The position numbers and the translations under genes are program-made. 64,000 nt of DNA from Dicyema japonicum (lineage: Eukaryota; Animalia; Dicyemida), in assembly GCA_011109175.1 (NCBI GenBank), contig RDEW01000032.1, forward strand, positions 403,334 to 467,333, written 5' to 3'. Below the pieces are notes generated by a model. The model searched no databases. It was given only the letters and a program-made list of their open reading frames with translations, and was not told the DNA's origin. Positions 38,561 to 49,797 of the stretch are shown piece after piece. The stretch's first letter is position 1. Each line of letters starts with the position of its first letter.

Positions 38561-38607
38561 ATCTTGCAGTTAACAGCCGCACGCGCTAACCATTGCGCCA
38601 TGGAGGC
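38561..38607 (-). pseudogene. 5' half of tRNA-Asn(GTT), truncated after the anticodon arm
   Basis: GCCTCCATGGCGCAATGGTTAGCGCGTGCGGCTGTTAACTGCAAG has a D-arm and an anticodon stem TGCGG/CTGCA with loop CT-GTT-AA. There is no T-arm or 3' acceptor strand. Confidence 0.75.
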
Positions 38608-41087
38608 ATTAATTGTGCATAAGTTTCTATTTAGAATTTGAAATTATAACAGTTAAGATTAATAATCTTCTTAGATTAATAGATTGGATATTTATAAACG
38701 TTAATTGAATCGGTCCTCAAATTATTATAATTATAAAAAAGAGTTTTACAAATACAAGTAATAGTCCAAAAAGACTATTAGTCAAAAAACATATTGGCGC
38801 CAGATATAATCCTAAAATATATCCAAAAAGACTATTAATCAACAACCATCCATAGGACTTCCACCTGGACGGCACTTTTCAAGTCCGAGCATACAAAGAC
38901 AGTTAAGGGAGGGCAGGATCACCTGATTTTTTTTCATTATGGCTATGATAGTGTTTTTGGTTCAATAAATTTAAATTTAAAGAAGAAATAACGATTATCC
39001 TAAAGTTCAATATCGCTAGGTAGAGATTTATGAATATTGTAAAGTTTAAGATACTTGGCTTGAATGACAATCCAATAATTTAGATTGTTTAGCTATTTTA
39101 TTTGTTTTAACAATATGTATGCAACAGAGAGACCAGTTAACGAAGCTGTTAAACGCTCGGACGATCAGTTGGCAGTCCACTAAAACATTGCTTTGGCATG
39201 CTAAATGTCATCATCTCCTGGATAAACATTGCTTTGGCATGCTAAATGTCATCATCTTTCTAGCTCCTGTTCTTTATGTACTTAGAAACCAAAAGTTTTG
39301 AAATAAAAAAACCATCAGATATGCCAGTCGGAGTTCTAATCATGTCTGACAAACATCGGCAGGTCTACCTTATGGGGGAACAAGGGAACTACTAGTTAGT
39401 CGCCAATTCCCAATGTTCTCATTAATATAAAGGGAAAGTACTAACATGATAATTTTTACCAGTTTCAACGTGGTTAAGCTAAGTTTAACATGAAATTGTC
39501 GTCGAAAAATAAACATTTTTCAGTTCTTTGAATTCAAATAACCACTTTATCCAAGATAAGTTTAGAAAAATTCAAGGATTAGCAGCTTCCCCATAGTTTT
39601 CTTGTAGCGCAAGCCTTCAATTTTTATATATTTAAATACATCAATTTGAGAAAGCACTGTGTGTCTACTAAATCGGATTTTGAACTATTCAAGGAGTGTT
39701 TTGTCTACTTTGAATGTTCTTCACTATTTTCATATTGACTCATTTCTACGAGTTAGATAATGGAGATGTTATGACATCTACTGCCTCATTATCGAACTAA
39801 TATCGTTTATACTATGTCTCTTAATTCAATTATTCCGTCATATACAAGAGGAAGAGGCATACATCATCATAAACTGATAACGTCAATTAACTATGATTTT
39901 TTACTAAAAAACCAATTAATAACCAGTCCTTAGCAGATTTATCAATACTTTACCAACAACTCTAATTTTGCATGTATTTAATTTTTAACCCCCGATACAC
40001 TGAAAAAAGTAAGAGTTAATGTCTAAAATGTTTTTAGTTACCATGGTCACACTATATTCCTGGCTCTTCTCAACAATGGTGTTTATCGACATCAACACTT
40101 TAGGAACCGCACCAGTGTATGAGGAAGCTATATTTCCTTTGGATGCCGACTGTTCACTAAGCTTCTGCTGAGACATGAGAATCACTTGATTCTACTTAGG
40201 ATTTGAAGAAGTTACAGAGCAGAAAGGAGTCCTTAGACGCTTCATTTCAAACATCACGTTCATCCACATCCCCAATTGTGGAAATCTCTCTAGTGGATTA
40301 GATAAACTAGAGATCCTTTCTGGATACTGACCAGCTATTGGCCTTTTCTCAAATAGGTGGTTAACTAGATGCCCCTTAGGATTTGACGTAAACAAAGAGA
40401 GAAAGAAATTTCTTCGACAAGGTAAACAGCGGAAAACATTTAATAATAAAAAAACACGAAAAAATCTTACTGACATTTTGGACATACATTTTTGTAATAT
40501 AATATTAATTATCTATTATTTAAATAAATTTTTATTAAATTATTTAAAATGTGTTTTGTTGCATCTAGTGACGTTCTTAAAGTAATAAACATTGTTGTTA
40601 ATTAGCTTTTATTAACTAACTATTTGTTTTTATTTTACCATTTATAATATGAAATTGCACAAATAGAGATTCTGAGTAAAGTTTCAGAAGTTCTACATAC
40701 TTGCATAAAATTTTTAAGTGCATATCGCTTTTCGGACATTTTTCTATTTCGGAAAGCAAGGATCATTAATTATTTCCTATTTGATCATATCTAACTATAT
40801 AATACTAACCACGTGGCAAATAATGTGTTAGGCTCTACTTTTTTATACGAATGAGTGATCGTCACCTTCTTTCCTGTTTCAGATTTGCATTAAACAGAGC
40901 ATCATTGGACAGTGAATACCTCTGCAGTTTCGGCATCGAATAGGAGATAGTGGAAGAGAAACTAATTTAAAAAATAATTAAAAAAATAATCCTCAAAAGG
41001 GATATCAAACATAAAGGTATATTATTCAATTCGGTTAACCGACAGCTATGTTGTTCAGCTTATTCTTTAGACTGTATTTGTTGTGCT

Positions 41088-41161
41088 GTATTTCTAAGTG
41101 CACTGATTATCACGTTCGCCTAACACGCGAAAGTTTCTTGGTTCAAATCCCAGTCTGAGTA
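41088..41161 (+). pseudogene. tRNA-Val(AAC)-derived pseudogene or SINE head
   Basis: Perfect anticodon arm TTCGC-CT-AAC-AC-GCGAA and T-loop GGTTCAAATCC, followed by a T-run. The acceptor stem does not pair. Confidence 0.75.
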
Positions 41162-41264
41162 ATTTTTCAACATTTTCATATATTGAAATTTTATTGTTTC
41201 CATACTTTTGTGAATAATGTCATTTTTTTCAATCGTTTTTAAAAACAAAAATATTTAAAAACAA

Positions 41265-41830
41265 TTATATTCTTTGCTGTAGACACCCAATAGATACGTC
41301 GTATCTCTCCAGGTCATCACAGAGAATCTTCCTCGACCAGGTCGTAGATAAGCCTCTAGCATTGAACGTAAGGACTTTTAGACGAGATGCATCCCTTTGT
41401 ATCCATTGCCTTTTAGACATTTTTCTCAATTGCGATCCAATCAAGAAACGAGGCACGTCACCACCTCACCAAAAAAACGCAACGCATTCTCCAGAGACGC
41501 AGCCGACCAAGCGGAGGCCAAAAAGATCCGTAAATATGAATCCCTTGACCAATACCATTTCACCCCCTTGCTGTAGATACAATTTGAACCGTGGGTGCGA
41601 AGACGGACGCCTTTCTTTTTTAATATTGGAAGAAAACTCGCCTCAAAAAGTGTGAACCACGGGAGAAGCTCTAATTGAGGCAGAGGCTCGAAATGGCGAT
41701 TATCAGAGGTGGCAACAGTAGAAGGAAAATGTCGAAGGGCAGCCCATGTATCACACTCCAAGAAAAGTCAATCCGTTCTCTGAAACCTGAGTTCAGTGTC
41801 GGGCGAGGACCAAGGTTTGGCTAAGCTGAG
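41265..41830 (-). mobile_element. 5' end (UTR plus endonuclease start) of an RTE-like LINE
   Basis: LKVLTFNARGLS...LCDDLERYDVSIGCLQ parallels LGSLNCRGLN...LARDLSKYNISVCCLQE of the copy starting at 59961. Confidence 0.7.
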
Positions 41831-42067
41831 AACAAAGTAAATTCCGAAATTACAACCCATGTAACACCACAACAGGCAAAGTTTAATTTTATTTTTTTTA
41901 TTTACCCCAACTGCATTCAAGTGGAGGAAATCAGTTGCTTAAAAACGTGACTACTAATGACGGACGTTTCCAGAGATCCCAAAAGTTGATCCCATGGGGA
42001 AGTACCAGAAGGCGGGAGAGGACACGAGAAAAGGTATCTGTTTCGTGATTATCATGTGTACATAATG

Positions 42068-43780
42068 GTATGTCAGGTTTATCTCAATATCACAAGGAAA
42101 AGAAGATTCGCAAGAGATCGATGCGCGGTGGAGGACGACCAAGAACTTAAACTCAAGTCTTCAGATCGCATTCTTAGACGCCCAGTCGTGTTATTAGAAG
42201 AGGAATTTTATCAAGAGCATTGTTCCAGTTTCAGTTGTAAACGGAAGAATTTAATAGATTATGGTATTAAGATGTTCTTGAAGGAATGTAGAAGCAATGG
42301 TGATATGATGACGTGATGCAAACATCGACGTAGTAGTGTATCCTCGTTAGTCTGCAGATTGATAAATCTCCAAGACGGTCAGATAGGAACGTGAACAACC
42401 ACGACTTTCTCCGATAAGGGATCTCTGTGTTGAGGATCTTGTTTGTCAATTCGTAATTTTGTGTTCTGTCAAAAACTTTATCTACATTTATCTACATAAC
42501 ATTTTCTCTCTTCAACGGAGTCCTTTCATAGTAGGGAGCTGGCTTATCTTCGCATGGCCATAAATAGGTTGGCCTCGAAAAATAAACAACTGAGAGATCA
42601 GTTGAGTGAGATTCACATGAAACTGCTAACCTTGGTGATCTGATGTTGTTATTGCTTGAGGAAGGTACAATCTTGCCAAGAGGAAATTTCTCTTAGAAAC
42701 ATATTCCGAATAACACCTCAAAAAATGCGAATGTTTTCAGCGAGGAGCATTTACCACGTTGTATAGACGATAAGGAGGGAATTGAAATTCGATTAGGTTA
42801 TGTATCTAATATAACTAAAATAAACGTTTAAAGGAAGACCATTGGATTAATGGGCAAGTTATAGCGTGTACTGACGGTCTGGGATATATTTTGTATAACG
42901 TAAGTACTATGGTGGATTTTGTATTATTAATATTACCTTTCGATATAACGAGAGTCGAAAGAGCACTTTCAAAAACCAATTCACTTGATCGCCAAAACTG
43001 ATGGAAACAAAAGTTCAGGGTTAAAACTTAGCAATTTTCAAAATAATCATTCATTTTGTGTCCTCAGCCGACATATAAGGAATTATAAATAAGTCACAAT
43101 AAAAAGTGTAAAACATAATCAAGCGACCCCCAACATTACTTTTAGTAATCTTACAAATTTTCATATCATCCAACAGTTGAATAATAAACGGATTCAACGG
43201 TGGTTCAAACTCACTCAATAGGGCACATGAAAATGTCGAAAAGTGACTAAGCAATACCCCCAAAGTATCATATCAGGAACACATTCCTTCAATGTGGTAT
43301 TTATTTTCATAATCAGCAATGAAATGAAACTAAATACAACCAAACGGTCTACAAGTGCTAAAATGTATATTTCAGTTATTCTCTCAATTATGCGTAAGTC
43401 TGCTTTTTAAATTTTCAATCCTCCTGGACAAATTCTGTGACTTTAATTTCCTGACACGGTTCAATTTCTATGCATACATAGTTGTCAAATTTTGAAGATT
43501 AGTCAAGTGCTTGACGATAAGTCACACGTCTTACATGATGTACTCGTTGTTTAAATCTTTGATATTCTCGTTCATTTCTTTACTCTCCTCGTCGGAGTTT
43601 TTGTTAAAATCTTTAATGGAGAATTCAAGTCGCGCAAACTAAAATTTAATGTGAATTATAAATTTAAAAAATTTAATAAACAATTAATTTTGAATTTCAA
43701 TTTTAAAAACTGTGTTTTCATTCTTATTGGGCTATCCAAAGTCAAGAAAAGAATAACCCTGTAGTAGGCCCTAGTGAAAT
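42068..43780 (-). mobile_element. Second copy of the deleted CR1/L2-like element at 6735-8505
   Basis: Colinear shared strings from gtatgtcaggtttat (6736/42068) to gtagtaggccctagt (~8490/~43765), including gaccaagaacttaaactcaagtcttcagatcgcattcttagacgcccagtcgtg. Confidence 0.88.
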
Positions 43781-43852
43781 ACACGTGGATATTAGAAGCC
43801 TTGAGCAACATATACTGAATACTGGATTTGAAGCAATCACCTAATCTCTTAC

Positions 43853-44081
43853 CTAGTGAGGAAACCACTATGACTGAGGAAACCACTATAAATAAATAAA
43901 TCTCCTACCTAGTGAGGAAACCATTATGACTGAGGAAACCAATATAAATAAATAAATCTCCTACCTAGTGAAGAAACAACTATAAATAAATAAATCTCCT
44001 ACCTAGTGAAGAAACACCTATGACTGAGGAAACCATTATAAATAAATTAATTTCCTATCTACTGAGGAAACCACTATGACT
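43853..44081. repeat. Short tandem array, 56-bp unit (33 nt + 23 nt), one unit with an 18-nt deletion
   Basis: Units start at 43853, 43909, 43965 (38 bp) and 44003, with a partial fifth. Confidence 0.92.
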
Positions 44082-46299
44082 TGGGTTGCCTTAAGGAATA
44101 ATTTGGCATCAACTATATTCGATACTCGACCATTAACGACAGGATTTGTGTTCTATTACTCAAAGTGAATAACTATTGTCGCCATGCACCTAAAAGTGAT
44201 GGATTGATATTGAAGTCAAAAAATTGACGATTTCTACACTGCACCCAGAGGTATATAGTGAGCATGAACATTCTTCGTTGATTTTCATTGCTAGTTATCT
44301 GAATGCCAGTTTGCATTCGCATCTGTGTAGAAGAAACGTTTATGTGAAGACACTGCAGGGGAAAAAAACTTTCTAGGAACTCCATCTTTTACGAGCGAAA
44401 AAATATAAATTGGAGTCGATCACTTAGTAGAAAGTATCATGGGACATCTTTCAAGAAGGATTAGTAAAGGACCTCTAGATCTGTAACAAGTAACCCATGA
44501 ACAATTGATCAACTTACATTTTCATAAATATTTTTCATGATTAGATTCTGTCTATTATGGGCTTCCGCTATAGAAAAGAAATGGAGAGGTAGGTTCACCG
44601 TCTTCCTAATGTTTCGGAAATCACTTCATTGGTTAGCATAAGTTTTCATAATTGACAATCTTCACCTGTGGAGTCGGGCAGGGGAAAAGGTAGGAAGATC
44701 CTTTCAACAACTTTTTGTGGCAAAAAGACTCATCATTTCAGGTGCGTATAGTTAATTCTTTTCGAATCCGCAATTTTTGGGAATTTCATTAAAGTACGGA
44801 ATTGAGTGGATTATTGGTTTTATGTATAAACTATCAGAATTTTATATAATTCCACTTTATGGATGAACTAACAAAAAATTTATTTAAAATAATAATAAAT
44901 GTTTTTATTGTATTTTTTAATATGTGATCTGGACCTCGATGAACTAAGAAACGGAGAGGGCTTTGGATGCGATTGGTGCAAAGGGTGGCCGGCGCGGCAC
45001 AAGGGACCTTAATTGACTTTTGTTTTTTTATGTGTTCTCGGCAGTGCTGATAATAATAATAAGCTGGACTTCCCACAATTATGATTAGGCGACTCTTTAA
45101 TACTCATCTTTGCATGTTTGAAACAGTTTACAGTTGTCGAGTCCACGATTTTTCAATGAATGATATTTGTACGACATCTTTTCAATTGATTTCTTTGTAT
45201 GCAACATAAAGATTCTTTCCACCTCATTTTTTTGATAATATCGACGTTCTTCAGCTATTGAAATTAGACTTGAAAGCTGTAATCACGAATTGGATAAAGA
45301 ACATTTTTATTAGAATTAGCTTTTGAGATAAAATAAAATTTTTTGTTGTTAAATCTGTATTTGTGAAACGTATTCTAAGCAAATGATGTTATTTTCGCTA
45401 ATATAAAAATTTATTTTGTCTTTTTTCGATTAACTAGATTACATGCACCATCAAGACTACAATTAGTGAATAAAAATCATCTCACATTTAAGCTATATCA
45501 TTAACCACACAAATTATTCAAAATTAATACATCATCTGTCATATTATAGTGCCTGAATAAACCAAAAGTAGCAAACCTTAACAAGCCTTCAGTCTGGCTA
45601 ACGGTTTCTCATTGTTTCGGCGGCTTATTAAAACTTGTTTGTTCTGCCGGACTAAATGAGTAAATGATTGAGAGGACTGACTTAAATTTCTTCCTTTTCC
45701 AGGTCGACTATCTCCTCAGTCATGAATTGATTTGTCACATAACAAACATCACTTCCAACAAAAAAGAATGATTTAATTAATATTTAAAAATTAAAATTAT
45801 AATTATTAGAAAATATAAATTTAAATAAAAATCCCAGATCCTTGTTTTCTGTAAAGAATCAACAGTTTTCTGGCTACTATCAAGAAAGAATTTCACGTGG
45901 TTCGTCTCCAAGATGTAGCATTCGAAATGACAAAAAGAATCATCAATGATTAGAAAATTCTACAGACTTTGGTCATTTCTAAGAAGTATTGGAGTTATTC
46001 AAAAAACACACGGAAAAGTGATATGGCTGAGTGTGATTTATTTTCGCTTTTGAAATAACTCGCTAGTGCCGTATAAACAATTTTTTGCAAAGGTAGTGTA
46101 AATTAGAGAATTTGAAGTCAATCTTGGAGTTAGTAAAGATCAGGAATGCTTATGTGAGGACTCAATGACGATCGCGAGATGATGAATATAGCTCCGTATG
46201 TGAATGGTAACTATTTTTAGCGTAAAAAACATTCATGCTACCTATAGTGAAACGGAGCCTACTTTTTGTCTTTTGTAGTCAATAAGTGTTTGTAGATAA

Positions 46300-46385
46300 T
46301 CCGATTCTGCATTGAGGCATCACTAATGGCCACGTCACTCGTCAAACCGAGAATTGCAACACTGATTAGCCGGAATGGCCATAGG
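46300..46385 (-). mobile_element. Partial SINE body
   Basis: gaggcatcactaatggccacgtcactcgtcaa resembles gagtatcactgatgacggcgtcactcgtcaa at ~29756. Confidence 0.5.
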
Positions 46386-47840
46386 TTCAGTTATACGAGG
46401 GCGAAACTTGATTTTTTTATTAATGTTAAAATTCAATGTTAATTATCCAAGAGAGCAGATCCACAAGAGTATGAATAAACGATCACTAGAATTTGGAACA
46501 CTAGTAGAGTGTATTAATATTTGGATCAAAATGACGTCAGAGTTAACCAACCAGCGTCAGGTGGTATCAGTTTCTTGAAGTTATCACTGATTTCGGAGTT
46601 TTCGACTTTGCCAGTTATTGGATAATGTATTCAGGCGATTCTCTAAGTCACAAGTTTGTTAATTACCTTCAACCTCACTAACCAGTAAAGGCTGGCGGTC
46701 TTCAAGCGCTCAGATGGTGGCGGAAAGTGGACGTTATTTCTTACATAACGGAACAAGGACCCACTATTTTCCCCATTGAGATCCCAGTTACAGAATAGTA
46801 TTCAGGTTGTCCTCGCGTTGGTGTTAAGCCACTTTCATAAAACCTCTGTAAAAGATTTTTCTTGTTGAATTTTAAGACAAAATACGGCGAAGTCACAATG
46901 AAGTGTTTTGAGTCTTTGTGGATATTTTGCTCTCTAATAGAAATCCAATATGTAAGACTTGCGATGATTCTCTAGAAATCAATCTTACGAAAAAACGTCT
47001 CAAAGCCAATTGAAAAATAAAGACGAAGTAAATATACAAGTGAAACAGGTTTGATCATCAGAAGTTGAAGTCAATATTATTGTCCGTACAACATTAAGTA
47101 GCGCCATGACCATTAAAAGTGTATTATCATGATTTATCTCGACTTCAAAACCAAGATACTCTGAAGAATTTGAAGATTCATATCATCGACAACCATTAAC
47201 CAAACGAAGATAGTACCTTACTACCTTCCAAATTCAGTCCAAGTTCGGCTGTTTATCAACTTTCTTGGATGGACCTCGTTTGAGAGGGTTATCTTACTTT
47301 GGATTCAAAGATCAACGTGACTTACCACCACTTTTTGTTTTTTGAGGATGATCACCAAGACGATCAATGACGACACTCAAGATTCTAGATCCGTCTTGTT
47401 AATCCTTGGAACGTACACAGATGATTTGAACGAAGAAAATCTTAGAACAGTTATCATGAATAACCCCTCTAAGTAAAGTTGACCTAGCGACTGAGCTACA
47501 TCATTTGTGGATAGTTTACTGCCGTCTTCCAAGCCAGAACTACAAACAAGATTTACGAGTCGAAGTAAAAAATCAAAATTGGGTTCTCAGTAAAAATAAT
47601 TGTTGAATTAAAATTTCAAACTACGTCCACAATCTACTGTTTCCATCCAATTTGCTTGACTTCAAAAGCCTTGTGGTGAATTCAGTTAACTAGGAAAATT
47701 TATTCAGCTAAGAATTCCACGTTAGCTAAGAATTCCACGGAACTTCAAAAAACCCTGTAGAAATGTCACGACTGGGAAGATTTGTACGATTTAATTGGCA
47801 TTCATTATGTGTAAATCGTAAAATGAGAGCGATGGATAAC

Positions 47841-47956
47841 TCAGGGCTCTTCCCTGTATATCACCTGGAACACATCTAGACAATAAATGAAAGTCAACTC
47901 AGGGCTCTTCCCTGTACATCACTTGGGACATTTCTGGACAATGATTGAAAGTCTAC
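47841..47956. repeat. Two-copy 58-bp tandem repeat
   Basis: tcagggctcttccctgta occurs at 47841 and 47899. Confidence 0.9.
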
Positions 47957-48159
47957 AATGTTTACATAAGCTACATATGCACAAATGGGAATACAGTTTG
48001 CGTAAAATGATTTCATGTTTTCTTTTGGGGACGAAGTGCTAGAAAAAGAGCGATGAACAGGGAGATAAACGAATTTATCGACAGAGAATTTGAAAAAGCT
48101 TGATATCCTGTGTAATTTTAACCTCATAGATTGACTGTACGATCAAAAGACTTAAAAGG

Positions 48160-48420
48160 ATGATCTTCACGTGAAAGGGCTTAGGATGCTATTTATGTTG
48201 GTGCTTTTTTAGCATCCAGTCTTGCACTGACAGCTATTCGCCCGGAATCAACCTTACGTTTGAGCATGCCGGTGAGGGTAGTGTGAAAAATCTCCATTTC
48301 TCCTTCTGCTAAAAGTAGGATGATCTCTGTTAGTGAACTATGACCTCACAACTAGACATGTAAAGTTTGCAAGTGTCAAATTCGAGACGCAAGGCAATAC
48401 CGATAGGGAGATTTACGTTG
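48160..48420 (+). mobile_element. CRE-clade RLE remnant
   Basis: DAIYVGAFLASSLALTAIRPES and VKFETQG parallel WDAACTDSFSQSKLLRSAMKAGE and VVETSG. Confidence 0.45.
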
Positions 48421-48822
48421 TCCAGTAAAGTTCCGAATTTCGAGAGTGGATAAATGTTGGACCAACATCCACTCTCACAATATCGAAAACAAACAAAATG
48501 CTGCTAATTGAGTCCCTTTTTCATATCCATTTTAGAAAACCTCATTCCACGCTTTTTGATATATTTTATCCTCGAAACGTCTAAGCTAACATCATTCCGC
48601 AACTCTAAGCTTCAGATATAGCATCATTGAGCATACATCATGAACAACCAGGGCTATCCAAACTGGCGTTTAGAAACTTTTATAGTAGAATCGTATGATC
48701 CGAGGATATCAGAATGCCTGAAAGAAAGAGAACATCAGAGGATATATATGAGCTTCAGCATATGGATGTATTTTTATAAAAGAACAAACGCAACATGACT
48801 GTCAAGCAGCTTTAGTTTTCGG

Positions 48823-49797
48823 CAGGGCTGTGGAGTCGGTAAAATTTAGCACGACTTCTACTACTCAAATATTATTTCTTCGACTCATCGACTCCGTTCC
48901 GACTCCGGTTATTATATAAAAAAATTCAGATGTTGTAAGAATAACGGAAAAAAGAAAAAAACATTTAGAAAATAAATTTAACTATTTTTTTAAAATAATA
49001 TAGCTTCGACCAATTCTTCCTTCATAGAAGCTTGAAGGTCTGATTTGATAAATTTTACCCCAGAAAACAGCCTTTCTACACTGACTTGTGTAGGAGGTAG
49101 AACAAGAGATATCATAGCTGATTTTTTGATAGCTTCAGGGTAATACTCAATAAATTCATGAAGTGGTATTTGAAAAGAACGATCGTAATGAAGTATCACA
49201 TCAGCTGCGGAATCGAATTCTTGTTTTAAAAGTTGCAATTTTGAATTCAAAGGCCGGTTTTAAATCGCTTTCCTCTTTCAATTTTGTTCAAATAATTTTC
49301 AAAATCGTCATTCAACGATGAGGAACTGTGTTCAATTTGAATGTCAATATTAAATGAATATGTATCCTAAAAATTCTTCTGTTTTTTGATTCCAGACTCT
49401 TGATTTTTAGTTTAAGGTTTAATAATCCCTTTTTCGCTCTATTTACCTGTTCATCCGTTAAGAGCACTCGGTTCCTTGGATCAACATAGACAGAAGCTAA
49501 CAGGTTGTCATTGTTTACCAATTGAGCTTCATTTTTTCCATTGAAATTGCACTTAATTTTAAAATCAATCCTCCTCTTTTTTAAGTTCTATATATTTAAT
49601 TTTTCCTTTCCCATAGAAATGATCCAACTGTTAAATCTTCCGCCTGTAATTGAATTGTATGTTGGAGAAAAAGATATTAAACATATTCCAATTCTATAAG
49701 TTCTTCCGATTGCTTTTCAGTTAGTGAAATGTTTTGGTTGTCAAAATCCTCAATAAAAGACTTTAATTCAATTAATCGACGAATCATGAGGTATGTG
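48823..49797 (-). mobile_element. hAT DNA transposon, 3' half with terminal inverted repeat
   Basis: TYLMIRRLIELKSF, LLASVYVDPRNRVLLT and the dimerisation motif LPPTQVSVERLFSGVKFIKSDL. TIR-like CAGGGCTGTGGAGTCGG at 48823-48839, with subterminal GACTC repeats. Confidence 0.88.

Noticed and set aside
47841-47956. Third exon-intron cassette array (23-nt GT-AG blocks on the minus strand)
   Set aside because: The intervening segments are 35 nt (not frame-symmetric), there are only two copies, and no convincing peptide results.
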